Of a DNA stretch of 64,000 bases, positions 28,362 through 36,815 are shown one piece after another. Numbering within the stretch: the first letter of the stretch is position 1; each line of letters begins with the position of its first letter. Source of the stretch: an uncultured delta proteobacterium (GTDB lineage: Bacteria > Desulfobacterota > Desulfobacteria > Desulfobacterales > UBA11574). The notes under the pieces are model-generated. The model had not been told where the DNA came from. It saw nothing but the letters and a program-made list of their open reading frames with translations, and made no database searches. The DNA is taken from assembly GCA_963790095.1 (NCBI GenBank), contig CAWBNO010000022.1, forward strand, positions 1,985-65,984, in the 5' to 3' direction. Both the position numbers and the translations under genes were made by a program.

Positions 28362-28844
28362 TTATCGGACATCATTCGTCGGAAAATATTTCATGGAGGT
28401 TTTCTTCAATTCTTTGCGGCTGAAGAGAAGGGTGTAGGTGTTGACCGAAGCTTCTGTGGACAATATCCCGGCAATTTCCCGGCAGGATGCTTCATCTTTT
28501 GCATGGATCATCGTATAAAGATTATACGGCCAGTCACCGGTTGGATTTCGCCGGTAACAGTGAGAAACCGCATTAAAGGAGGCCATCTTTTCTCCCACCG
28601 CGTCAATGCGGTCTTCATCAACCTGCCATGCCACCATGGCATTGGCTTCAAATCCGGATTGCTGATGACGTATGGTTGCACCAAACCGTCGGATAACTCC
28701 CCTGTCACAAAGATCTTTCATCCTTTCCAGGAGCAATTCTTCGTCAATGCCCAATTTTTCTGCTATTTTTAAATATGGGCGTTGCGTGATTGCAATTTCA
28801 CCTTGAATCGAAGCAATGATTTTTTTATCCAGTTCTGTCAACAT
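28362..28844 (-). CDS. Lrp/AsnC-fold protein of the siroheme-decarboxylase AhbA/AhbB (NirD/L/G/H) type
   Basis: MLTELDKKIIASIQGEIAITQRPYLKIAEKLGIDEELLLERMKDLCDRGVIRRFGA... The start is reset to ATG 28844; the longer track ORF overlaps mtnA. Confidence 0.65.
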   Translation of the reverse strand: MLTELDKKIIASIQGEIAITQRPYLKIAEKLGIDEELLLERMKDLCDRGVIRRFGATIRHQQSGFEANAMVAWQVDEDRIDAVGEKMASFNAVSHCYRRNPTGDWPYNLYTMIHAKDEASCREIAGILSTEASVNTYTLLFSRKELKKTSMKYFPTNDVR

Positions 28845-28875
28845 AGGGCGATTTAAGAGATTGTCATAAAAAAAG

Positions 28876-29988
28876 TCAAGGGTTTTTCTTTTCCGGGAAT
28901 AAGCGGAGTATCTCTTTTTCCGAAGCCGAACAGACCCCCCTTTCCGTGATAAATCCTGTAACAAGTCTTGACGGCGTAACATCAAAAGCAAAGTTTTGGG
29001 CCGGACTGTCAGCCGGTGCAATCAGAACATGTCGAATATCCCCCCGGTCCAGTCCCTGGACATATCGTACTTCATCCGGGTCCCGGGTTTCGATAGGTAT
29101 CTCTTTGACCCCGTCTCTGAGCTTCCAGTCAAAGGTGCTGGATGGGAGGGCCACATAGAAAGGGATATTGTTGTCCCTTGCCGCAAGGGCTTTAAGATAC
29201 GTCCCGATCTTGTTGGCCACATCTCCGGTACAGGTGGTTCTGTCGGTTCCGACGATCACCATGTCGACCATGCCGTGCTGCATGAGATGACCACCGGCAT
29301 TGTCGGTGATGATGGTATGTTTAACACCGTACTTGCCCAGCTCCCAGGCCGTCAGTCTGGCACCCTGGTTGAGGGGCCGGGTTTCGTCGACCCACACATG
29401 GATATCTATACCCTTATCAAAGGCCGCATACATCGGCGCGGTGGCCGTACCGTATTCTATACAGGCCAGCCATCCGGCATTACAATGGGTTAACAGATTG
29501 ACAGTTTTTCCTTTTTTGCTGCGACTGATGTTGTCGATCAAACTAAATCCATGCGCCCCGATTTTACGGCAGTTTTCAGCTTCGGCCTCGGCAATTTTTT
29601 CGGCTTCCTTTCTGGCTGCTTCAACCTTCTCTGACGAATTGCCGATGTTCAACATCTCTGACAACACCGCATCCACGGCCCAGGCCAGATTAACCGCTGT
29701 GGGCCGGGCCGATTTCAATCGGATGCATTCTTCAATGAGATAGGCATCTTCAATAGGATCTGTGGGAGAATTCAACGCCGCAAGATATACCCCATATGCA
29801 GCCGTCACACCGATTAACGGTGCCCCCCTGACAAACATCTCCTGGATGGCCCGGATGACGTCATCAACGCTTTTAAGATCGGCAACGACAAACTCGTGGG
29901 GCAGCCGCCGCTGATCGATGACGTTTACCGTTTTTAAATCCGAATCGAGCCATATGGGGCGGATGTTTTGACCGTCTACTTTCATCAT
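28876..29988 (-). CDS. mtnA: S-methyl-5-thioribose-1-phosphate isomerase (eIF-2B alpha/beta/delta-like family)
   Basis: 370 aa: VIDQRRLPHEFVVADLKSVDDVIRAIQEMFVRGAPLIG...VGTDRTTCTGDVANKIGTY. Confidence 0.85.
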   Translation of the reverse strand: MMKVDGQNIRPIWLDSDLKTVNVIDQRRLPHEFVVADLKSVDDVIRAIQEMFVRGAPLIGVTAAYGVYLAALNSPTDPIEDAYLIEECIRLKSARPTAVNLAWAVDAVLSEMLNIGNSSEKVEAARKEAEKIAEAEAENCRKIGAHGFSLIDNISRSKKGKTVNLLTHCNAGWLACIEYGTATAPMYAAFDKGIDIHVWVDETRPLNQGARLTAWELGKYGVKHTIITDNAGGHLMQHGMVDMVIVGTDRTTCTGDVANKIGTYLKALAARDNNIPFYVALPSSTFDWKLRDGVKEIPIETRDPDEVRYVQGLDRGDIRHVLIAPADSPAQNFAFDVTPSRLVTGFITERGVCSASEKEILRLFPEKKNP

Positions 29989-30030
29989 CGAAACCCTTTT
30001 ACGGAAATAACCGATGTTTTAAATAATTGA

Positions 30031-30306
30031 AGGGTCGGGGAGTTTTTATTCTAACTCCTTGAGTACCAGCGGAATGGATGATCTTTTTTTAAATCGGATG
30101 CTGTTTGAGTGGCTTAGGGATCGTTAGAAGGAACAGGCGTATGACGAAATGGTATTTTTAAAGAAATTTTAAAGTTATGCAATGAACCTATTGATATTTC
30201 AAAGATAATTTCCTGTTCTTTCTCTACGATTCCTTGCCGCGAGTTCATGCGGTTTAAAAAAAGATCATCCATGAAGCGACTTTATTAAAAAAACACCCCG
30301 ACCCCT
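30031..30306 (+). repeat. Hairpin repeat family H copy 2
   Basis: Termini gggtcgggg / ccccgaccc. Internal ctgtttgagtggcttagggatcgttagaaggaacagg pairs with cctgttctttctctacgattcc. Confidence 0.75.
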
Positions 30307-30352
30307 CAAATAATTAATCAATCTTTACATTTGGCCGAATTATTTGAAAATG

Positions 30353-30647
30353 TAAAAAATCCTGGTCCAGAGGGCCAGGCTTTGGGTTACCCCTGGAAGG
30401 GGCTGTTTTCCTGAAAGTTAATTGACTTATTGAAATTCCAAATAACAAATCCCAAAAAACAAACAAATAACAATGACCGAAATTCAAAATCCCAAACAAA
30501 AAAACAACCGCTTTGAACCAGTTTGGAATTTGTATTTTCGAATTTGAGATTTATTTGTGATTTGGTGCTTGGAGTTTGTGATTTTAGGCACAAAAATCCA
30601 AGGCAGAGCCAAAGAACTCTGACCTGACCCAGAGGGCCAGGTTTTTC
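30353..30647 (+). repeat. Hairpin repeat family A copy 4 (more diverged)
   Basis: ...acaatgaccgaaattcaaaatcccaaac...gatttatttgtgatttggtgcttggagtttgtgattttaggcacaaaaatccaaggcagagcc, bounded by cctggtccagagggccagg hairpins. Confidence 0.8.
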
Positions 30648-30660
30648 AAGGTAAAATAAA

Positions 30661-31125
30661 TCATTCTGTTTCCGATCTCGGCATGAGGGTTTTCAGAATA
30701 TCTTCTTTCCCCACGATTCCCAGAAGCTCCCCTTCCTCCACCACTGGAATGGTGTGAAAACTTTGGTCGATCATGAGGGCAGCCAGCGCTTCGATGTCCG
30801 TATCCGGTTGCACGGTAACCGGGTTGGGCGTCATGGCCTGGGCCACGGTAACAGCAGCGATTTTCTGAACCTCCTTTTCCATCTGTTTCATGGAGGTCAG
30901 CGTAATCAAACCATCCAAAAACGTAAAAAAGGAAGGGATGGGAAGCTTTTTCTGTTGGGCGATCAGATCACTCTGGCAGAGAATTCCCACCAGTTTTCCC
31001 GTTTCATCCATTACCGGAGCACCGTTGATACGGTTTTCCAGAAGAATTTTTGCTGCGTGGACAATCTCCATGTCGGGCGAGACAGTTATCACCGCTTTTG
31101 TCATGATATCTTTTGCTTTGAGCAT
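30661..31125 (-). CDS. CBS-domain pair protein
   Basis: 154 aa with two CBS repeats (MTKAVITVSPD..., MTPNPVTVQPD...). Confidence 0.8.
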   Translation of the reverse strand: MLKAKDIMTKAVITVSPDMEIVHAAKILLENRINGAPVMDETGKLVGILCQSDLIAQQKKLPIPSFFTFLDGLITLTSMKQMEKEVQKIAAVTVAQAMTPNPVTVQPDTDIEALAALMIDQSFHTIPVVEEGELLGIVGKEDILKTLMPRSETE

Positions 31126-31254
31126 GCCACCTCCTGGGATTTTAATGAAGGGCCTATAGGGTTAAATTTTGACCCCGATTCCGGGAAAAAGTTGGGTTGG
31201 ACCCATTTTTTGAACCTATAGATTATTGAAACCGTGATTTTATGTCAAGTGGGT

Positions 31255-31575
31255 TCAACCTCTCTGCTCAGACGAATCAACAAACAGCGGCACCACCTTG
31301 AACTGCGTGACGTCCACCAGTCCTTTGTCGGTAATTTTTAGCTCGGGAATGACGGGAAGCGCCAAAAACGATAAGGTCATAAAAGGATCGGTTAGGGTTG
31401 AACCGAATTCCCGGGCGGCGTCGAGGAGACGATCCAGCTGATGGTTTATGGTTTGGATCGGTTCCAAAGACATGAGACCTGCGATGGGAAGCGGTAGGTC
31501 GGCCCATACCCTGTTGTCACAGACGGCTGCCAGCCCTCCGCCCATGGTGATCAAGGCTTGCACTGCTGTTTTCAT
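31255..31575 (-). pseudogene. C-terminal fragment of adenine deaminase (Adenine_deam_C-like), lacking the catalytic amidohydrolase domain
   Basis: The 106-aa ORF GGGLAAVCDNRVWADLPLPIAGLMS...DPFMTLSFLALPVIPELKITDKGLVDV matches only the last ~100 aa of Ade-type enzymes. Repeat K2 starts 8 nt upstream of it. Confidence 0.6.
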
Positions 31576-31582
31576 ATCCCCT

Positions 31583-31693
31583 TTGTAAAAAGTGAAACGT
31601 GAAATGTAAAATGTAAAACGACTACATTTAGTAGATTAAGAAGCAATATTGCACAACATATAGACTTTTCACGTTTAACTTTTAACTTTTTAC
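31583..31693 (-). repeat. Hairpin repeat family K copy 2 (inverted relative to copy 1)
   Basis: gtaaaaagtgaaacgtgaaatgtaaaatgtaaaacgactacatttagtagattaagaagcaatattgcacaacatatagacttttcacgtttaacttttaactttttac. Confidence 0.9.
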
Positions 31694-31745
31694 CGAACTA
31701 TCACTATTTAATATTTATTTTTATCCGAACAAGAACTCATTTTTT

Positions 31746-33062
31746 TCATTTCTTTTTGATGCCATCGCTTATTTTGCGAACCTTTTCGAGGATATCTTCC
31801 AGATCCACAGTCAAAAGTTCCCGATTCCGGACAAGAATATTTCCGGAAACCATGACATCTTGCACATCCTGGCCGTTGGCGGCATAAACGATTTGGGATA
31901 CAGGGTTATAAATTGGAACCAGGTGGGGCTTACGGGTATCGATTACAATGACATCCGCCTGTTTTCCGGCCTCAAGGGAACCGATTGCGTGGTCAAGGCC
32001 GATGGCTTTTGCGCCGCCCATGGTCGCCATATTGAGTATGGTTCGGGCATTCATGACGGTGGAATCGAGGACGTTCACCTTGTGAAGCTTTGCCCCAGTG
32101 TCCATTTCCCGAAAAAGATCTAAATCATTGTTGCTGGCGCACCCGTCGGTGCCGAGGCCAACGGTAACGCCGGCCTTCAACAGATCCAATACCGGCGCGA
32201 TACCCGACGCCAGCTTCATATTGCTTTCAGGATTATGGGAGACGTTTGCCTTCCGTTTGGAAATAATTTCGATGTCTTCATGGTCGAGCCATATGGCATG
32301 AACCAGCAGGGTATTGGGATCGAGAATGCCGATCCTGTCCAGATATTTTACCGGTGTTGTACGATGTTCTGTCTGGAACCGAACGTATTCGTCTCGGGTT
32401 TCAGCCACATGAATCTGAAAAACTATCCCTTTTGAATCAGCGGCGGCTTTGGCCCGTTTTAATGTCTTTTCGGAACACGTATACGGGGAATGACAAAATA
32501 TCGAAGGATGAATCAGGTGAGACAACCCCTGACATTTTTCAGCATACCCCACAGCGGTTTTAATGTTATCCGCCGGGTTCGGCACCCCCGGTGCCGGAAA
32601 ATCGATAACGCCCTGCCCCAATACGCCTCTCATCCCGATTTCATCGACCGCGGCGGCAACAACATCTTCATAAAAGTATCCGTCACAGCAGGTGGTCGTT
32701 CCCGACAGTATCATTTCGGCACAAGACAAGAGCGCACCGAACCGGACGGATTCGGGATTAATATGCTTCGCTTCAGCAGGAAAGATGCATTCATTCAACC
32801 ATACGGAAAGGGGCAGATCATCCGCTAATCCTCTGAAAAGGGCCATGGGAAGATGGGTGTGTGTATTCACGAGTCCCGGCATAACAATGCCGCCCTGTGC
32901 ATCCAGCAGCGCTTTCCCGTCGGGCACGGAAGAATCGTTTGACCGTGTTCCAATCTTTACAATTTTTCCGTTCTTTATGCAGATGACACCGTCTTCGATG
33001 ATATCAAAATCGCGATTTACGGTGACGATGACCCCGTTATGTATGACCGTATCAAAAACCAT
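31746..33062 (-). CDS. mtaD: Amidohydrolase of the 5-methylthioadenosine/S-adenosylhomocysteine deaminase (MtaD) type, paralog 1
   Basis: GLVNTHTHLPMALFRGLADDLPL..., HVAET, HNPESNMKLASGIAP and GTDGCASNN motifs. The ATG at 33062 is preferred (GAAGGA 6 nt upstream); the track start is 33089. Confidence 0.8.
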   Translation of the reverse strand: MVFDTVIHNGVIVTVNRDFDIIEDGVICIKNGKIVKIGTRSNDSSVPDGKALLDAQGGIVMPGLVNTHTHLPMALFRGLADDLPLSVWLNECIFPAEAKHINPESVRFGALLSCAEMILSGTTTCCDGYFYEDVVAAAVDEIGMRGVLGQGVIDFPAPGVPNPADNIKTAVGYAEKCQGLSHLIHPSIFCHSPYTCSEKTLKRAKAAADSKGIVFQIHVAETRDEYVRFQTEHRTTPVKYLDRIGILDPNTLLVHAIWLDHEDIEIISKRKANVSHNPESNMKLASGIAPVLDLLKAGVTVGLGTDGCASNNDLDLFREMDTGAKLHKVNVLDSTVMNARTILNMATMGGAKAIGLDHAIGSLEAGKQADVIVIDTRKPHLVPIYNPVSQIVYAANGQDVQDVMVSGNILVRNRELLTVDLEDILEKVRKISDGIKKK

Positions 33063-33141
33063 TTGTTTTCCTTCATGATACAATACCATTTTATTGTCAA
33101 GAGAGGTTGACGGATAATCCCCCTTAGCTTAAAATACGGAA

Positions 33142-33391
33142 CCGGTCCGTGTTCAGGGGTACGCTCTCCCGCTTCACTCCGGTGTCTGCGTGTCTGGTCA
33201 TTTCAATGACTTGGCAGCGGGGGCATTCCTGCCCCCTCCGTGTTCTCCCGCAAAAAGCATGCGGGAGCCGCGGTCTCCCCCACTGCCAAGTCATTGAAAT
33301 AACGAAGCCACTCCGCCAACCCGCCTGCCATGCGAGGCACGAGCGGGCAGGTATCGTTACACGGGATAGCGTACCCCTGAACACGGACCGG
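33142..33391. repeat. 250-bp nested hairpin element (singleton S3) with a perfect 24-bp terminal inverted repeat
   Basis: CCGGTCCGTGTTCAGGGGTACGCT (33142-33165) is the exact reverse complement of 33368-33391. Inner inverted repeat tcatttcaatgacttggcag/ctgccaagtcattgaaata; central stem ctcccgca/tgcgggag. Confidence 0.9.
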
Positions 33392-33443
33392 GACAGTGCC
33401 TCTGAAGCTCAAAAACAGCATGAACAACGACGGGAGAAGACGG

Positions 33444-34757
33444 ATGCAAGACCCAGATCTCATCATTAAAAACGGCACCATTTTGACCATGGATTCTAAA
33501 AATTCAATTCTTGAAAACGGATTTATAGGGATTCGCGGCGATGGTATTTCCCATATGGGAACCGGAGATATGCCTTCTATAAAAGGAGTCAAAATCATCG
33601 ACGCCAAAGGTGGTTTGGTTCTCCCCGGTCTGGTGAACGGTCATACCCATGCAGCCATGACCCTTTTCAGAGGTCTGGCAGATGACCTTCCATTGATGCA
33701 ATGGCTTGAAAACTACATTTTCCCGGCAGAGCGCAACATGGATGCAGAGTTTGTATATACCGGGACCCAGCTTGCCCTTGCCGAAATGATACTGTCCGGC
33801 ACCACAACGTTTTGCGACATGTATCTGTTTGAAGAAGAAGTGGCAAAGGCAGCTAAAGAAGCGGGGGTTAGATGTCTGGTGGGAGAAGTCCTGTATGATT
33901 TTCCATCGCCGAACTATGGATCGGTGGGAAACGGCCTGGCGTATACGGAATCGTTGATTCAAAAATGGCGGGACGATCCCATTGTGTCCATAGCGGTGGA
34001 ACCCCATTCCCTTTTTACCTGCAGCCCGGAACTGCTGACGGCATCCAATGAACTGGCATCGAAGCACGGTGTCCCGTTGATTATCCATGTGGCCGAGACG
34101 TTAAATGAAGTCTCCGAAATAAAGAAAAAATATTCAAAAACACCCATAGAATATCTCGATTCCCTGGGGCTTTTGGGCGCCCACCTGACTGCAGACCATT
34201 GCGTTCATCTGGAACCATCGGACATTGAGACCATGGCGGAACACGGGGTAAAGGTGGTTCATAATCCGGAAAGCAATATGAAGCTGGCGTCGGGTATCGC
34301 GCCGGTCCCGGAGTTGATCAAACAGGGCGTGACCGTCGGTTTGGGAACCGATGGATGTGCATCCAACAATAACCTGGATTTATTTTCAGAAATGGATACC
34401 GCTGCGAAACTTCACAAGGTTCATGCAATGGATCCGACGGTGGCAGATGCCGTTACCGTTCTGAGAATGGCAACCATCGAAGGCGCAAGGGCTTTAGGAC
34501 TTCAAGATATCACCGGTTCATTGGAAATCGGCAAAAAGGCGGATATTATTGTCATCGACACCCATAAACCCCACCTCACACCCATATATAATGCAGTGTC
34601 CACGCTGGTCTATGCTGCAAGTGGAAACGATGTCACACACTCGGTGATCAACGGCAAACTGGTCTTGGCAGATCGGAAATTATTGACCCTGGATCTTGAT
34701 GAAATAATCGCACGCTCCAGGGAAAAATCTTTTCTGGTCAAGGCGTGGCTGTCATAG
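33444..34757 (+). CDS. mtaD: Amidohydrolase of the MtaD type, paralog 2
   Basis: Carries the same motif set as paralog 1. The start is reset to ATG 33444 (GGGAGAAGA upstream); the track start at 33396 is just past the S3 hairpin. Confidence 0.8.
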   Translation: MQDPDLIIKNGTILTMDSKNSILENGFIGIRGDGISHMGTGDMPSIKGVKIIDAKGGLVLPGLVNGHTHAAMTLFRGLADDLPLMQWLENYIFPAERNMDAEFVYTGTQLALAEMILSGTTTFCDMYLFEEEVAKAAKEAGVRCLVGEVLYDFPSPNYGSVGNGLAYTESLIQKWRDDPIVSIAVEPHSLFTCSPELLTASNELASKHGVPLIIHVAETLNEVSEIKKKYSKTPIEYLDSLGLLGAHLTADHCVHLEPSDIETMAEHGVKVVHNPESNMKLASGIAPVPELIKQGVTVGLGTDGCASNNNLDLFSEMDTAAKLHKVHAMDPTVADAVTVLRMATIEGARALGLQDITGSLEIGKKADIIVIDTHKPHLTPIYNAVSTLVYAASGNDVTHSVINGKLVLADRKLLTLDLDEIIARSREKSFLVKAWLS

Positions 34758-34847
34758 AAGCCGTTTCAAAATTTTCCATCACCGTCCCATGAGCCGCCGA
34801 GGCCGGCGTCGCGGCCGTCCTCGTGGGCCCATCGGCGTACTCGCTGT

Positions 34848-35258
34848 TTATTTCAGGCCGACGTCCTTAAGAGCCTGTTTGCAACGTTTGCTGATGTTCT
34901 TGGCGTTTTTATTGAGGCAGTCGATCAAGCGGCCTTGGCCGGGGGGAACCGATGAACAGTATTGCTCCAAATCCGCGTCACATTCATTGGCGAGGTAGGA
35001 TAATGCCGCCACGGCACGCTCCAGTTGAACCGCCGCATCGTAAAGCGCATATTCACACTGACCGGAAAGTTTGTCCCCATGTGCATACAAACAGGCCAGG
35101 ATTCGGCCCTCGCCGGGGGTGACATTGGCGCAATAGGCGTTGAGTTCCTTTTCACAACCCTTTGCCACCGTGTCCACCAAAGACTCCCCTGCCGATGCAA
35201 ACGTCACCACCATGAAAACCAGACAGAATGAAAATAACACCGTGATGATTTGACGCAT
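34848..35258 (-). CDS. Small secreted cysteine-rich repeat protein
   Basis: Signal peptide MRQIITVLFSFCLVFMVVTFASA, then two copies of C-x3-L-x3-C-x4-PG-x-GR-x3-CL...C-x2-AL. Confidence 0.65.
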   Translation of the reverse strand: MRQIITVLFSFCLVFMVVTFASAGESLVDTVAKGCEKELNAYCANVTPGEGRILACLYAHGDKLSGQCEYALYDAAVQLERAVAALSYLANECDADLEQYCSSVPPGQGRLIDCLNKNAKNISKRCKQALKDVGLK

Positions 35259-35476
35259 AAACTCCTCCTTTCTTCACTGTTAAGGATTTATAAAAGGTTT
35301 CAAAATTCTACAGTTTTTTGAATATAAGGGATATTGGACGTATATCCTTAACTCGAACAGGGCGTAATGGAATGGCAAGATAATGGACTATCGATTTTTC
35401 AAAAATGATATCGACTGATTGAATCTCCTGTCAAGAAGTTTTTTTCAACATGCTGTTTTTAAAGCAATTATAGTGT

Positions 35477-35497
35477 TATCCCGGCAAGCCGGGGATA
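35477..35497 (-). terminator. Hairpin TATCCCGG-caag-CCGGGGATA just downstream of the phosphorylase stop
   Basis: Read directly. The U-tract is weak. Confidence 0.3.
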
Positions 35498-35503
35498 TCC
35501 GGA

Positions 35504-36325
35504 TCAATTGTTTTCAATCACATGTTTAATAATCGCTTCAAGCTTTGGCGCGGCCTGCTGGGCCACGGCGATAATTTCTTCGACCGTTGCGGGAACCGGC
35601 CGATCCGGATCGTGTACATTGGTTATGATGGAAAGGCCGAGCACCTTTATCCCTGCATGAATCGCGGCAATGACTTCCTGTATGATTGAAAAGGCTACGG
35701 CATCGGCACCGATGCTCCTTAGAAAGCGAACTTCGGCCGGCGTTTCAAGGGACGGGCCCTTCAGTCCCACAAATACCCCTTTTTGCAAACAGATGCCTTC
35801 ATTCTTTCCAGCCTTTTTCGCAAGGTCCATCAGCCCGGTGTCGTAGGCCGCACTCATATCCGGGAACCGAGTTCCCCAGTTCGCTTCATTGGGGCCGACC
35901 AAGGGGTTTAACCCGGTTAAATTGATATGATCGCTAATGATCATAATATCACCGGTATTAAATTCTGGGTTCAGACCGCCGGCAGCATTCGAAAGGATGA
36001 GGGTTTTAACACCGAGCGCCTGCATCACCCGTATGGGGAAGGTTACCTCCAGGGGTGAATAGCCTTCGTAAAGATGAAAACGCCCCTGCATGGCCATGAT
36101 CGGTTTATCCCGGATTTCTCCGAAAAGAAGCCGCCCATAATGACTCTCCACCGTTGATGTGGAAAAATTGGGAATATCTTTATATTCAAAGGAAACCGAT
36201 ATATCTAAAGATTTCGAACTTTCTCCGAGACCCGTACCGGTTATAAGCCCGATTAGGGGTGGCGTTTTGATATGTTTTTTCAAGAATTCTGAAGTTTCAA
36301 CCACTTTATGTTTATAATCTCTCAT
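35504..36325 (-). CDS. Purine nucleoside phosphorylase (PunA-type); candidate methylthioinosine phosphorylase by context
   Basis: GRFHLYEGYSP...LILSNAAGGLNPEF...GPSLETPAE motifs. The ATG at 36325 is preferred (GAGGA 6 nt upstream); the track start is 36370. Confidence 0.8.
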   Translation of the reverse strand: MRDYKHKVVETSEFLKKHIKTPPLIGLITGTGLGESSKSLDISVSFEYKDIPNFSTSTVESHYGRLLFGEIRDKPIMAMQGRFHLYEGYSPLEVTFPIRVMQALGVKTLILSNAAGGLNPEFNTGDIMIISDHINLTGLNPLVGPNEANWGTRFPDMSAAYDTGLMDLAKKAGKNEGICLQKGVFVGLKGPSLETPAEVRFLRSIGADAVAFSIIQEVIAAIHAGIKVLGLSIITNVHDPDRPVPATVEEIIAVAQQAAPKLEAIIKHVIENN

Positions 36326-36553
36326 AATGAGTCCTCGACGGTTTCGTAAAAAATCTTTTGTGAGGGACATCGAACAATTTTGGAGCGAGCAAAATCAGAC
36401 TTTTTTCGAGTTCATCAAATTTTATTGACATGCTTTTTTACAACATATAGTAATTTCTTTTTGTGCTCAATACAAAACAATCTGGTAAAAAGGCCTCTTT
36501 TTTTGACCGTCTGCAAGGCCATCAAATACGAATACCATTAGAATTATGGTTGG

Positions 36554-36778
36554 CGTTCACGGGTTCAAAGGTTCAGGGGTTCAAGGTTCCATTCTTGGCC
36601 CGGCCTGCATTTGGGATGCAAATTTACGAGAAAAACGTAAGTTTCATCAGTCCTCATTCAAAATTTGAAGCTAAATTGACAATTATTTGGGAAAATGAAC
36701 ATTTGTAAAGAGGACTTCGGATCTTCATGCCTTCTTTGTCCTTAACCCTGAACGTTGAACCCTGAACCTGTGAACGGT
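36554..36778. repeat. Hairpin repeat family F copy (GGTTCA-type arms) in the hdrA leader region
   Basis: Left arm cgttcacgggttcaaaggttcaggggttcaaggttcc. Right arm ccttaaccctgaacgttgaaccctgaacctgtgaacgg. It ends 38 nt before the hdrA ATG. Confidence 0.8.
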
Positions 36779-36815
36779 TACAAATACTGTTTTAGTTTCA
36801 CCAGGAGAATAAACC

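Noticed and set aside
28038-28772. 244-aa plus-strand ORF
   Set aside because: It starts inside the family-E GC module and continues antisense through the AhbA/B-like gene.
33124-33469. Two ORFs on opposite strands that both begin MFRGTLSR (33124..33384 minus, 33149..33469 plus)
   Set aside because: They are a mirror-image artefact of translating both arms of the S3 palindrome, not coding sequence.
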